A stretch of DNA of 64,000 bases from Gemmatimonadota bacterium (GCA_040384325.1 JAZKJL010000002.1:3522-67521), one strand, 5' to 3'. Counted from the stretch's first letter, positions 1 through 9,749 are shown. Notes: generated by a model from the letters alone, not told the origin. Made by a program: numbers and translations.

Positions 1-867
1 CGCGCGGCCGAAGCGGGTGATGGAGTCCAGCAGCAGCACCACGTCGCGCCCCTGTTCCACGAGGCGCTTGGCACGCTCGATGGCGAGGTCGCCCACGTGG
101 ACGTGGCGGGTGGGTGGCTCGTCGAAGGTGGAGCTGATGACCTGGGCGCCCGGCACGGTCGCGCGGAAGTCGGTGACTTCCTCGGGTCGCTCGTCGATCA
201 GCAGCACGATCACCGCGATCTCCGGATAGTTGCGCCGGATGGAGGTGGCGATCTGGTGCAGCATGATCGTCTTGCCGGTGCGTGGCGGTGCGACGATCAG
301 GCCGCGCTGGCCCTTGCCGATCGGCGAGACGAGATCCACCACACGCAACGACAGCGGACAGTCCGGATATTCCAGCCGCAGGCGCTCATCGGGATACTTG
401 ACCGGCAGCGCATCGAATTCGGCGCGCTGCGGGCCGATCTCGGGTTCGGCGCCGTTGATCTGCTCAAGGCGCAACAGTGCGAGGAATTTCTCCCACTGCC
501 GCGGCGGCCGGATGGTGCCACGCAGCCAGTCGCCGGCCCGCAGGTTGAACCGACGCACCTGCGCCGACGACACGTACACGTCGTCGGGACTGGGTGCGAA
601 GTTCCAGTCCTGGTAGCGGATGAAGCCATGGCCGCCTTTCTCCAGGTCCAGCACGCCCTCGGCCACCAGCAGCTCGCGATTGCGGAGCATGGCGAGCTCG
701 ATGCGGTGGATCAGGTCGGGAAGGCGCAGCCCCGGTTCATTGGGCACGCCGAGCGCATCGGCGCGGGCCGCCAATGCATCGAAGTTGAGCTTCTTCAGCT
801 CCGACGTCTCGACGGGCATCTGTTGGGAGCGCGAGGCGTCTGGCGCGTCGCGGGTACCGGCATTCAT
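1..867 (-). CDS. rho: Transcription termination factor Rho, N-terminal 289 codons; the C-terminus runs off the left window edge
   Basis: Own translation of the minus strand from the ATG at 867, with the frame open to position 1. Motifs: RFNLRAGDWLRGTIRPP, Walker A APPRTGKTIMLHQIA, VLLIDERPEEVTDF, LLLDSITRFGRA. It is absent from the ORF track because there is no stop inside the window. Confidence 0.93.
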   Translation of the reverse strand, partial: MNAGTRDAPDASRSQQMPVETSELKKLNFDALAARADALGVPNEPGLRLPDLIHRIELAMLRNRELLVAEGVLDLEKGGHGFIRYQDWNFAPSPDDVYVSSAQVRRFNLRAGDWLRGTIRPPRQWEKFLALLRLEQINGAEPEIGPQRAEFDALPVKYPDERLRLEYPDCPLSLRVVDLVSPIGKGQRGLIVAPPRTGKTIMLHQIATSIRRNYPEIAVIVLLIDERPEEVTDFRATVPGAQVISSTFDEPPTRHVHVGDLAIERAKRLVEQGRDVVLLLDSITRFGRA

Positions 868-959
868 GCGTGAGTGACGCGGCCGGGGAAGTAAACGATG
901 ACGCTCGACCGGGCATTACAGCCAGCCGGCACGTCAGGGGCGGACGGGGGTGGTGCGGA

Positions 960-1033
960 TGCGCCTGACAGGATTCGAACCTGTGACCTTCGGCTCCGGA
1001 GGCCGACGCTCTATCCAGCTGAGCTACAGACGC
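960..1033 (-). tRNA. tRNA-Arg (anticodon CCG), no encoded CCA
   Basis: Hand-folded cloverleaf. Acceptor GCGTCTG/CAGGCGC, D arm GCTC-AGCTGGATA-GAGC, anticodon loop CT-CCG-GA, T arm ACAGG-TTCGAAT-CCTGT. It lies directly upstream of rho on the same strand. Confidence 0.9.
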
Positions 1034-1165
1034 GTTGCCACGTGCAGTGGCGAATCAGAAGCATAACGGGACGGGCGAGCCTGCGAAACCGACGCGGCGT
1101 GCGGATTGCTGCGCGGAGCGGGGCGGCGCGTGATCGGCGCGGCGGGAAGACGCCGCCGCCGTCGC

Positions 1166-1933
1166 TCAGGCCCGGCGCTGGCAGACGGTCAGTTCGTCAC
1201 AGCGGCTGACGGTGAATCCCTGTGGTGCGATGGCCTCGTCGAACACGCGCTCGCACTCCGGTCCGTGCAACTCGATCACGATGTTGTCCACCCGATCCAG
1301 CCAGTCGCAGTGACCGGCGCGGAACATCTCGACCTCGGAGCCCTCGATGTCCACCTTGAGGATCGAGATCCGCTCGTGGCCGGAGCGCTGCAGCAGGCTG
1401 CCGACATCGGTGGCGTGCATCAGCGGGGTCTCGCCATCGCGCGCGGGGCGGACGGTGCGTGACCACTCGCGGCCATCGCCGAACGGCACCTCGGACATCA
1501 CCAGGCCGCACTCGCTGGACCAGATGCCGGAGTGGATGGGCGTGACGCGGTCCTGATAGGGAGCGAGGTTGCGCTCGAGAGCGGCGAAATTGGAGGGGTC
1601 CGGTTCCACCGCGATCACGCGTGCGTCAGGGAAGCGGTTCAGCAGGTAGGCGGAGGAGAACCCGGCGTTGGCTCCACAATCGATGATGAAGCGGGCATCG
1701 GCGACGCCGTCCAGGCAGCGGTATTCCCGGTACCGGAAGATCTGGTCGAAGACGTCCACGTCGCTGGAGTTGGGCCGGCACCAGAGCGGCGCGGCGGCGT
1801 ACCGGCTGCGGAGGGTGAAGGCGGCGTCCGGGGCAGCGACCTTGAGTGCCGCGCGTCGGAAGACGTAGCTGCCAGCCTCGAGCGGGCCGAGGTTCACGGC
1901 CGACGTCCAACAGCGTTCGAGCAGGGAAGACAT
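1166..1933 (-). CDS. FkbM-family SAM-dependent methyltransferase (255 aa)
   Basis: Motif IIDCGANAGFSSAYLL...VIAVEPDP and C-terminal ILKVDIEGSEVEMF are typical of FkbM-type methyltransferases. The internal ATG at 1933 is preceded by GGAGAGG. The upstream 108 codons of the track ORF are Arg/Ser-rich and look non-coding. Confidence 0.75.
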   Translation of the reverse strand: MSSLLERCWTSAVNLGPLEAGSYVFRRAALKVAAPDAAFTLRSRYAAAPLWCRPNSSDVDVFDQIFRYREYRCLDGVADARFIIDCGANAGFSSAYLLNRFPDARVIAVEPDPSNFAALERNLAPYQDRVTPIHSGIWSSECGLVMSEVPFGDGREWSRTVRPARDGETPLMHATDVGSLLQRSGHERISILKVDIEGSEVEMFRAGHCDWLDRVDNIVIELHGPECERVFDEAIAPQGFTVSRCDELTVCQRRA

Positions 1934-2087
1934 CGCCTCTCCTTGGTGCGTTTCGCTGGGCCACGTGCGCACGTGCAGACCGAGGCGTGCAGTGCAGGTT
2001 CCAAGCCGGACCCACACATGCTGACGGTCGTGTCCGCCACCGCGGCGACCCTGGTTGGAGTCGCTACGATGGCGGACGAGTTGGCTG

Positions 2088-2768
2088 TCAGCGCTTGCCG
2101 AAACCGAACGAGACGCCGACGCCGTACGACGGGTCGGCGCCATCCAGACCGAGCGGAATCTGGATGAACGGTCGGACCAGCACCGTCGGGGTGAGGACGA
2201 TGCCCAGGCCACCCGACAGCAGCCCATAGGTGTCGCTGTCGGAGAACGATGTGCCACCGTTGGAGACGGACACGCGCGCGTAGGCCGCCTGCAGCGCAGC
2301 GAACGGGATGAAGCTGACGCTCGACGAGGTGCTCACCGCTCCGCCGATGGCCAGTCCCGCGGTGGCACCGGTGCCGCTCACCTCGACGGTGCCGCCGTCG
2401 CCATCATCGATGTCGGGGCTCTTCAGGTACTCGGCCGACGCGACGGGGCAGACCATCACGCGCTTCGTCGCCCCGACGCGGTACGACAATCCACCGTCCA
2501 CTCCGGCGCCCTTGGTCGTGCCGCTGACACCATCGGTCTTGGCGATTCTGGCGCTGATGCCACCGAAGGCCTTGGCCGTGCCGAAGCCGAACCTGGCATC
2601 GCCCCCGTTCTGGCCGTCGGTGAACTCGGCGCCGACCGTGAGGTTCATCGGTCGTGTCTCGAGGGAGGCGAGGCCGAGGCAGGCCTGACCCTTCAACACG
2701 GTGGTCGACAGCAGTAGCGCGGCACAGACAGGCAAGGCGCGGACGTTCATGCGTGCTCTCCGTTTCAT
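2088..2768 (-). CDS. Small outer-membrane beta-barrel protein (about 226 aa) with signal peptide
   Basis: N-terminus MKRRARMNVRALPVCAALLLSTTVLKGQA. Gly/Ser/Thr-rich sequence with alternating hydrophobic pattern and a C-terminal ...GVGVSFGFGKR typical of OmpA-like/porin-family barrels. Start choice (2768 or 2750) is uncertain. Confidence 0.6.
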   Translation of the reverse strand: MKRRARMNVRALPVCAALLLSTTVLKGQACLGLASLETRPMNLTVGAEFTDGQNGGDARFGFGTAKAFGGISARIAKTDGVSGTTKGAGVDGGLSYRVGATKRVMVCPVASAEYLKSPDIDDGDGGTVEVSGTGATAGLAIGGAVSTSSSVSFIPFAALQAAYARVSVSNGGTSFSDSDTYGLLSGGLGIVLTPTVLVRPFIQIPLGLDGADPSYGVGVSFGFGKR

Positions 2769-3045
2769 GGGCATTTTGGGTTGTAACCGATACCAGCGGA
2801 TCACTCGAGCAACCTATGCAGTGCGGTGTGGCGCTCCGCAATAGGGAACGGATCCGTCAACGGAAGGCCGGCGCGCTGGCGCGCGGGTCGGCGTCGCTCG
2901 GTGTGTCATCACGGAGATGAGGCGGGCCGTCGGGTGCGGCGGTCGCGCGCTCCAGGCAGCCGTCGGTCCCGGACGTGCGCGTCGGAGGCGTCCGGTGGCC
3001 TCGGATGCCTGTGCTGGCCGACGCGGGAGTCGGGCTGCGCACGAC

Positions 3046-3076
3046 GAAAAAGCCCGCAGCGTTTCGGCTGCGGGCT
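3046..3076 (-). terminator. Rho-independent terminator ending the 5-tRNA operon
   Basis: On the minus strand, GCCCGCAGC-(6 nt loop)-GCTGCGGGC is followed by TTTTT. It sits 30 nt downstream of the tRNA-Pro 3' end. Confidence 0.75.
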
Positions 3077-3105
3077 TTCGACTCGTATGACGATCGTTCC
3101 AACCA

Positions 3106-3179
<74 letters not shown>

Positions 3180-3207
3180 AAACCAGTAAGCCTTTCACGT
3201 ACTGCAG

Positions 3208-3281
3208 TGCGCCCGGAGAGACTCGAACTCCCAACCTTCTGATCCGTAGTCAGATGCTCTATCCAATTGAGCTACGAGCGC
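3208..3281 (-). tRNA. tRNA-Arg (anticodon ACG)
   Basis: Acceptor GCGCTCG/CGGGCGC, D arm GCTC-AATTGGATA-GAGC, anticodon stem TCTGA/TCAGA, loop CT-ACG-GA. Confidence 0.9.
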
Positions 3282-3410
3282 GCATGGCACTTCAGGTACA
3301 GGCCGAGCAACCTACGCGTTCGGCCGAACATCGTCAACCGGATCGCATGACACCGTGCAGCGATCCCGTCTCCCGAAACGACGATCGGGTCCCGGTTGCC
3401 CGGGACCCGA

Positions 3411-3484
3411 TGAGCGGTACAAGACTCGAACTTGTGACCTCCACGATGTCAACGTGGCGCTCTAACCAACTGAGCTAACCGCCC
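3411..3484 (-). tRNA. tRNA-Val (anticodon GAC)
   Basis: Acceptor GGGCGGT/ACCGCTC, anticodon stem CCACG/CGTGG, loop TT-GAC-AT, T loop TTCGAGT. Confidence 0.9.
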
Positions 3485-3501
3485 GACGACACTGCACTGA
3501 G

Positions 3502-3574
3502 AGCGGGAAACGGGACTCGAACCCGCGACCCCAACCTTGGCAAGGTTGTGCTCTACCAACTGAGCTATTCCCGC
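3502..3574 (-). tRNA. tRNA-Gly (anticodon GCC)
   Basis: Acceptor GCGGGAA/TTCCCGC, anticodon stem CAACC/GGTTG, loop TT-GCC-AA. Confidence 0.9.
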
Positions 3575-3619
3575 ATCACACCGGCCAGCAGACACCTGAC
3601 CGGGCCATCCCGTCACACA

Positions 3620-3692
<73 letters not shown>

Positions 3693-3741
3693 GGGACTGC
3701 CTTGCTCCCGCGACGCACGAGCCAGTCGTCAGGAACCGCAA

Positions 3742-3770
3742 AGGGTAGCCGGGAGTACCACCGGTGTCAA
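3742..3770 (-). promoter_or_regulatory. Candidate sigma-70 type promoter for the tRNA operon
   Basis: The minus strand reads TTGACA-17 nt-TACCCT. The -10 element ends about 50 nt upstream of the tRNA-Ala 5' end. Confidence 0.4.
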
Positions 3771-4000
3771 CCCAACGACTGGCGGGAAGCCGTAAAATGC
3801 ATAGATTGCTTGGCTTACGTCATGCCACCTGGATGGCGAGGGGTTCCGGTACACGAACCCTCGGGTGTAGCTGCGCGTTGCTGTGAAGTAACGATGATCG
3901 CTGCGACCTGGCGCCGACGTGGCGCTCGCGCGGCTCGGGATCGCTCGCGCCCCCGACCTGCGCTTCCAATTCGCGAGTTCCGACTGAGGTTTTTCAATAC

Positions 4001-4888
4001 ATGGCAGACGTGAAGCGCCGGCGCCGCAAGGCGACGCCAGCGGGGATCGCCCCGACGGAGCCCGAACGCGACATCCTCGATCAGTACCTCTACGAAGTCA
4101 GCACCTATCCGCTGCTCAAGGGGACCGAAGAGATCGAGTTGGCGCGAAAGATCCGTGCCGGTGATCCCGATGCACTCCAGGAGCTGGTGAAGCGCAACCT
4201 GCGCTTCGTCATCTCCGTTGCCAAGAAGTACCAGAACCGCGGTCTGCCCCTGATCGACCTGATCGGTGAAGGAAACGTCGGCCTGCTCACGGCCGCCCGC
4301 AAGTTCGATCCCGACCAGGGCGTGAAGTTCATCTCGTACGCCGTGTGGTGGATCCGTCAGGCCATCCTGTCGTCGCTGGCCCGGCAGGGCCGCACCGTGC
4401 GCGTGCCGCTCAACCGCACCGCCGACCTGTCCCGCATCATCAAGGCCTCGGAAATCCTGCGACAGAAGCTGCGTCGCGAGCCGAGCCCGGAAGAACTGGC
4501 ACAGCTCACCGGCCTCTCGGTGGACGTGGTGCAGTCGCTCGCCGCGCTGAACACCGGCGACGTGCGCCTCGACGCCCCGATGGACCCGGAAGGTGACCGC
4601 TCGCTGATCGAACGTTTCGTGGCCGACGAGATGCCGGACACGGAAGAGGAGGCGATGAACCGCTTCCTCAACGACGAGATCGAGCAGGCGCTCAACACGC
4701 TGCCGCCGCGTGACGCGAAGGTGCTGCGCCTCTACTTCGGCCTCGAAGGCGGTCGGGAGCACACCCTCGAGGAAATCGGCTCGATGCTCGGCGTCACTCG
4801 CGAGCGCGTGCGTCAGCTGCGCGACCGCGCGCTCAAGCGCCTGCGTGAAGGCGATGTCGGCCGTGCGCTGGGGTCGTTCGCGGCCTGA
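4001..4888 (+). CDS. rpoD: RNA polymerase sigma factor, sigma-70 family; short RpoD-like form lacking region 1.1 (295 aa)
   Basis: Region 2 DLIGEGNVGLLTAARKFDPDQGVKFISYAVWWIRQAI, region 3, and region 4 TLEEIGSMLGVTRERVRQLRDRALKRLR. The layout resembles the roughly 290-aa primary sigma factors of the Bacteroidota/FCB group. Confidence 0.85.
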   Translation: MADVKRRRRKATPAGIAPTEPERDILDQYLYEVSTYPLLKGTEEIELARKIRAGDPDALQELVKRNLRFVISVAKKYQNRGLPLIDLIGEGNVGLLTAARKFDPDQGVKFISYAVWWIRQAILSSLARQGRTVRVPLNRTADLSRIIKASEILRQKLRREPSPEELAQLTGLSVDVVQSLAALNTGDVRLDAPMDPEGDRSLIERFVADEMPDTEEEAMNRFLNDEIEQALNTLPPRDAKVLRLYFGLEGGREHTLEEIGSMLGVTRERVRQLRDRALKRLREGDVGRALGSFAA

Positions 4889-4908
4889 GTCCTGCAGTGC
4901 TGGGTATC

Positions 4909-4944
4909 ACAGGGGGCGGCCGGTGGTTTGCGGCCGCCCCCTGT
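4909..4944 (+). terminator. Strong hairpin (14-bp stem) downstream of the sigma factor gene
   Basis: ACAGGGGGCGGCCG-GTGGTTTG-CGGCCGCCCCCTGT, starting 20 nt after the stop codon. The U-tract is weak (CGTATTCT). Confidence 0.55.
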
Positions 4945-4984
4945 CGTATTCTCCGTCCATGCCCTCACCGACCCCGCGCGGTAC

Positions 4985-5728
4985 ATGATCGAACTCAAGG
5001 ACGTCAACAAGGCTTTTGGCCCCAAACGCGTGCTGGCCGGCTTTTCCCTCACGGTGAACGAGGGCGAGACGATGGTCATCATCGGCTTCTCCGGCACCGG
5101 CAAGTCGGTGGCGATCAAGCACATGGTCGGCCTGCTGCGCCCCGATTCCGGCAGCGTGAAGGTGGACGGGCAGGAAGTGCCGAAGCTGAGCCGGAAGGAA
5201 CTCACGGCACTGCGCGCGCAGGTGGGGTACGTCTTCCAGTTCGCGGCGCTCTTCGACTCGCTGACTGTCGGTGAGAACGTGGCGATGGGCCTGCGGAAGC
5301 AGGGCACGCTGACCGAGGCCGAGATCACCACGCGGGTGGCCGAGGCGCTGGACCTGGTGGACCTGCCGAACACCGAGGCGCGGTTTCCTGCAGAACTCTC
5401 CGGCGGCATGCGCAAGCGCGTCGGCATCGCGCGCGCCATCGCCCTGCGACCGAAGTACATCCTGTACGATGAGCCGACCACCGGACTCGACCCGGTCACA
5501 AGCGCCGTGATCGACGAGCTGATGGTGCGCATGCGTGACCGACTCGGCGTGACGGGCATCGTGATCACGCACGACATGCGGAGCGCGTATCGCGTCGGCA
5601 CCCGCATCGCGATGCTGTATGAAGGCCGCGTTCGCCAGGTGGGCACCGTGGACGAGATCCGCAACACGAAGGATCCCGTCGTGCGGCAGTTCATCGAGGG
5701 CAAGGCCGAGATGGATCCGGCGGCCTGA
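4985..5728 (+). CDS. ABC transporter ATP-binding protein, MlaF/Ttg2A-like (247 aa)
   Basis: Walker A GFSGTGKS, signature LSGGMRKRVGIARA, Walker B ILYDEPTTGLD, and an MlaF-like C-terminus DPVVRQFIEGKA. The ATG at 4985 gives the canonical MIELKDV start. Confidence 0.85.
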   Translation: MIELKDVNKAFGPKRVLAGFSLTVNEGETMVIIGFSGTGKSVAIKHMVGLLRPDSGSVKVDGQEVPKLSRKELTALRAQVGYVFQFAALFDSLTVGENVAMGLRKQGTLTEAEITTRVAEALDLVDLPNTEARFPAELSGGMRKRVGIARAIALRPKYILYDEPTTGLDPVTSAVIDELMVRMRDRLGVTGIVITHDMRSAYRVGTRIAMLYEGRVRQVGTVDEIRNTKDPVVRQFIEGKAEMDPAA

Positions 5729-5740
5729 GGCTGACACGCG

Positions 5741-6289
5741 ATGACCACTCCGACCGAGGCGCGGCGTGAAGTCTCCGCCGGAGGCGTGGTCTATCGCGTG
5801 GTGGACGGCGCGCCGCTCTACCTGCTGATCCGCGACAGCTATCGTAACTGGGGCTTCCCGAAGGGTCACCTCGAGTGTGATGAGGACGCCCCTGATGCGG
5901 CAGTGCGCGAAGTGCAGGAGGAAACCGGACTGCCGACGGTCACGCTGCGCGCCGAGATCGACACCATCGACTGGTTCTTCCGCTTTCGCGGCAAGCTGGT
6001 GCACAAGATCTGTCACTTCTTCCTGATGGAGACGGATTGTTCGGCCACGCTGCCACAACGCGCCGAAGGCATCACCGCCTGTCGCTGGGCGCGTTTCGAC
6101 GAGGCGCGGGCGTTGCTGGCGTATGAGAACGCGCGCGTGGTGCTGGAGCGGGCGCACGCGATCATCCGCGAGAAGAACGGCGCGTACGATGCGCCGTCCG
6201 ATGCGGATGCATCGCGCGATGCGGGTCGATGCGATGGCGATGACCGCGACACCGCCGTGACACGCACGCCGATGGTCGAGGGGCTCTGA
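5741..6289 (+). CDS. NUDIX hydrolase
   Basis: Nudix box GFPKGHLECDEDAPDAAVREVQEETGL (GX5EX7REUXEEXGU). Confidence 0.85.
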   Translation: MTTPTEARREVSAGGVVYRVVDGAPLYLLIRDSYRNWGFPKGHLECDEDAPDAAVREVQEETGLPTVTLRAEIDTIDWFFRFRGKLVHKICHFFLMETDCSATLPQRAEGITACRWARFDEARALLAYENARVVLERAHAIIREKNGAYDAPSDADASRDAGRCDGDDRDTAVTRTPMVEGL

Positions 6290-6327
6290 CCGCTCGCAGC
6301 CCGCGCGGTCCGCGGCGCGGGTTCGCG

Positions 6328-7170
6328 GTGCCGGTGCGTGGCGCGTCGGCACCGACCACCGTCCTGCTGGTGTGCAGCACGCGTGAACGACCGCGGCACC
6401 TGCTTCGTCGCGCGTTTCCGCGCGGACGTGCACAGGTGCACATGGTGCGTGATGCCGACGGCATCACCGCTGCACTGCAGACGATGCTGGTGGATGCGAT
6501 CGTGGTGGACCTGCTGCCCGGCAACGCCGCTGCCATCGGCTGGCGCGCGGTGGAGCATGCCACCAGTCACGCGCCGATACCCGCGGTGGCGCTGGTCGCA
6601 GCGCGCTCGCTGGAGCCGGCTCTGCTCGACCGGCTGCATCACGCCGGGGTGGCGACGGTGCTGATCGACGGTGTGGACGACGCGATGCTGCGGGTATTGC
6701 TGCAGCCGGTGCTGCTGGCCACGCGCTTCACGCTCCGCGCCGACGTGCTGCTGACGGCGCACCAGGTTGGGCCGCTGGCCGACGCGGTGTGGCGCACCGG
6801 TGTCTCGCACGCCGGGCGACTGACCTCGGTGGCGGAGGTGGCGCGGGCGCTGGGGCTGAGCCGGGAACACCTCGCCCGCTCCCTGCGCGATGCGGGCGCC
6901 CCGGGGCCGAAGCAGCTGCTGGAACTGGTGCGCCTGCTGGTGGTGCAGTCGCAGCTGGCGGCGGGGGTGCCGGTGGCGGTCGCCGCGGCTCGGCTGGGCT
7001 ACAGCTCGGTGTCGCACCTGGCGCGGGCGGCGCGGGCGGCCACCGGGGCCACCCCCCGCCACTGGGGGACGCTGAGTGCGGAGGGGCTGATCAGCCTGGC
7101 CGTCTCGCGCGCCCGGGCACGTCCGGCGGCGGATTCGCCGTTACATTCTGCGACTCTCCAGGATTCCTGA
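6328..7170 (+). CDS. AraC-family HTH transcriptional regulator with receiver-like N-terminal region
   Basis: C-terminal AraC-type double HTH (VAEVARALGLSREHLARSLR ... AAARLGYSSVSHLARAARAATGATPRHW). The N-terminus VLLVCS...DAIVVDLLPG resembles a REC fold. GTG start. Confidence 0.65.
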   Translation: MPVRGASAPTTVLLVCSTRERPRHLLRRAFPRGRAQVHMVRDADGITAALQTMLVDAIVVDLLPGNAAAIGWRAVEHATSHAPIPAVALVAARSLEPALLDRLHHAGVATVLIDGVDDAMLRVLLQPVLLATRFTLRADVLLTAHQVGPLADAVWRTGVSHAGRLTSVAEVARALGLSREHLARSLRDAGAPGPKQLLELVRLLVVQSQLAAGVPVAVAAARLGYSSVSHLARAARAATGATPRHWGTLSAEGLISLAVSRARARPAADSPLHSATLQDS

Positions 7171-7199
7171 AAAGCCGGTGGGTTGCCTGTTCCGGTGTT

Positions 7200-7215
7200 T
7201 GTGATAATTTTCACA
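7200..7215. promoter_or_regulatory. Perfect CRP-type palindrome TGTGA-N6-TCACA upstream of atpA
   Basis: The sequence is tTGTGAtaatttTCACAa, the only AT-rich patch in this GC-rich spacer, with its centre about 65 nt upstream of the atpA ATG. It also overlaps a possible extended -10 element, TGtGATAAT. Confidence 0.45.
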
Positions 7216-7272
7216 AGCTACTCCCGAACTGCTTCCGATCGTCTCCCACGACGTTTACCGACTGTCTGCCCA

Positions 7273-8856
7273 ATGGCTGCCGAAACCACACTCCGCCCCG
7301 GTGAGATCAAGGACATTCTGCTGCGCGAAATCGAAGCGGCAGATCTCAACGAGATCGATGTTGACGAGGTCGGCACCGTCCTCGAAGTCAAGGACGGTGT
7401 TGCCCGCATCTACGGTCTGTCGAAGGCGATGGCCGGCGAGATGCTCGAGGTCCGCGCCAGCGAAACCGGTGACGTCATCGTCGCCCAGGCGCTGAACCTC
7501 GAGGAAGACAACATCGGCGCCGTGGTGCTCGGCGACTACCTGAAGCTGAAGGAAGGCGACGAGGTGCGGCGCACCGGTCGCGTGCTGGAGGTGCCGGTGG
7601 GTCCCGGCCTGATCGGCCGCGTGGTCGACGCCCTCGGCAACCCGATCGACGGCCTCGGTCCGATCACCGCCACCACCAAGCGCAAGGTCGAAAGCCCGGC
7701 GCCTGGCATCATCGTTCGTGAGCCGGTGAAGCAGCCGCTCCAGACGGGCATCAAGGCCATCGACGCCATGATCCCGATCGGGCGCGGCCAGCGCGAACTG
7801 ATCATCGGCGACCGTGGCACCGGCAAGACGGCGATCGCGATCGACACGATCATCAACCAGAAGGGCAAGGGCGTCGTCTGCGTGTACGTCGCCATCGGCC
7901 AGAAGGCCTCGACGGTGTCCAGCATCGTTGAGAAGCTGACGCAGGCCGGCGCGATGGAATACACGATCGTGGTGGTCGCCACCGCATCCGATCCGGCCCC
8001 GATGCAGTTCCTTGCGCCATACTCGGGCTGCTCGATGGCCGAGTACTTCATGTACCACGAAGGGCAGGCCACGCTGTGCGTGTACGACGACCTCACCAAG
8101 CAGGCCGCCGCGTACCGCCAGATCTCGCTCATCCTGCGTCGTCCGCCGGGTCGCGAAGCCTTCCCGGGTGACGTGTTCTACCTGCACAGCCGCCTGCTCG
8201 AGCGCGCCGCCAAGTTGTCCAGCGACGAGTCGATCGTGGACGGCAAGACGATCTTCAAGGCCGGTGGTTCGCTGACCGCGCTGCCGATCATCGAGACGCA
8301 GGCCGGCGACGTGTCGGCGTACATCCCGACCAACGTGATCTCGATCACCGACGGCCAGATCTTCCTCGAGGGTGACCTGTTCTACTCGGGCGTGCGCCCG
8401 GCCGTGAACGTCGGTATCTCGGTGTCGCGCGTGGGTGGCTCGGCACAGACGAAGGCGATGAAGGGTGTCGCCGGCCGTCTCCGCCTCGACCTGGCGCAGT
8501 ACCGTGAGCTGGAAGCCTTCTCGAGCTTCGCCTCCGATCTCGACGCCGCCACCAAGCGCCAGCTCGATCGCGGCAAGCTGACGGTGGAAGTGCTGAAGCA
8601 GGGCCAGTACGCGCCGATGCTGGTGGAGGAGCAGGTGATGATCATCTACGCGGTGACGAACGGCCTGATGGACGACGTGAACCCGGCCACCGTGCGCGAG
8701 TGGGAGACGGGCTTCCACGCCTACATGGCGGCCAGCCACCCGCAGATCGGCGCCGCGATCGCGAACGAGAAGGCGCTGTCGAAGCCGACCGAAGCGCTGC
8801 TGCGCGACGCCATCGCGCTGTACAAGAAGGTCGCGGCGCCCGCCGCGGCCCGCTGA
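7273..8856 (+). CDS. atpA: F0F1 ATP synthase subunit alpha
   Basis: Walker [16 protein letters not shown] and full-length alpha-subunit similarity (ELIIGDR..., [34 protein letters not shown]). ATG at 7273 ([12 protein letters not shown]). Confidence 0.97.
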   Translation: MAAETTLRPGEIKDILLREIEAADLNEIDVDEVGTVLEVKDGVARIYGLSKAMAGEMLEVRASETGDVIVAQALNLEEDNIGAVVLGDYLKLKEGDEVRRTGRVLEVPVGPGLIGRVVDALGNPIDGLGPITATTKRKVESPAPGIIVREPVKQPLQTGIKAIDAMIPIGRGQRELIIGDRGTGKTAIAIDTIINQKGKGVVCVYVAIGQKASTVSSIVEKLTQAGAMEYTIVVVATASDPAPMQFLAPYSGCSMAEYFMYHEGQATLCVYDDLTKQAAAYRQISLILRRPPGREAFPGDVFYLHSRLLERAAKLSSDESIVDGKTIFKAGGSLTALPIIETQAGDVSAYIPTNVISITDGQIFLEGDLFYSGVRPAVNVGISVSRVGGSAQTKAMKGVAGRLRLDLAQYRELEAFSSFASDLDAATKRQLDRGKLTVEVLKQGQYAPMLVEEQVMIIYAVTNGLMDDVNPATVREWETGFHAYMAASHPQIGAAIANEKALSKPTEALLRDAIALYKKVAAPAAAR

Positions 8857-8885
8857 TTCGCGCCATCACCGACGCCTGACGCACC

Positions 8886-9749
8886 ATGGCCAAGGGTCGC
8901 GAGCTCAAGGGACGGATCAAGTCCGTCGAGAACACGAAGAAGATCACGCGCACCATGGAGATGGTGGCGACGTCGAAGATGAAGCGGGCCGTGGATCGTG
9001 TCGCGGCCGCCCGTCCGTACGCGTCGGCCCTTGCCGAGGTGATCGGCGACCTGTATTCGGCGGAGCTGGCCGAGCAGTTCCCGCTGCTGCGCCAGCCGGC
9101 ACAGCTGCGACGCGTCGCTCACATCGTGCTGACGTCGAACCGCGGCCTCTGCGGTGCGTTCAATGCCAACCTGGTGAAGGAGGCCCGCACGCAACTGGCC
9201 GCCCTCGAGCAGCGCGGCATGCAGGTGGAGCTGCACGTGGTGGGCAAGAAGGGCATCGGCTACTTCAAGTACGTGAACCGCGCGATGGCGTCGCAGCGCA
9301 TCGACATCAGCGACAAGCCGACGGCCGCCGATGCGTCGTCGCTGGTGGACTCGCTGATGGCGCGGTTCATCAGCGGTGACCTGGACGCAGTGTTCATCAC
9401 CAGCTCGCAGTTCAACTCGGCGCTCTCCACGCCCCCGCACACCACGCAGGTGCTGCCGGTGACGCCGCCGGCCGGCGGGACGATGAAGCGCGATTACCTG
9501 CTGGCCCCGTCGGCCGAGGCGATCCTCACCGAGCTGCTGCCGGCCTACGTCAGCAACTCCGTCTATCGCGCGCTGGTGGAGACGGTGGCCGCCGAGCAGG
9601 GCGCGCGCCGCACCGCGATGAAGAACGCGACCGACAACGCGACCGACATGCTCAGCAACCTGCGCCGCACGTACAACCGTGCGCGCCAGGCGCAGATCAC
9701 GCAGGAGATCGCCGAGATCGTCGGCGGCGCCGCTGCGTTGCAGGCCTAG
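8886..9749 (+). CDS. atpG: F0F1 ATP synthase subunit gamma
   Basis: The N-terminus MAKGRELKGRIKSVENTKKITRTMEMVATSKM and C-terminus YNRARQAQITQEIAEIVGGAAAL are canonical gamma motifs. Confidence 0.95.
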   Translation: MAKGRELKGRIKSVENTKKITRTMEMVATSKMKRAVDRVAAARPYASALAEVIGDLYSAELAEQFPLLRQPAQLRRVAHIVLTSNRGLCGAFNANLVKEARTQLAALEQRGMQVELHVVGKKGIGYFKYVNRAMASQRIDISDKPTAADASSLVDSLMARFISGDLDAVFITSSQFNSALSTPPHTTQVLPVTPPAGGTMKRDYLLAPSAEAILTELLPAYVSNSVYRALVETVAAEQGARRTAMKNATDNATDMLSNLRRTYNRARQAQITQEIAEIVGGAAALQA

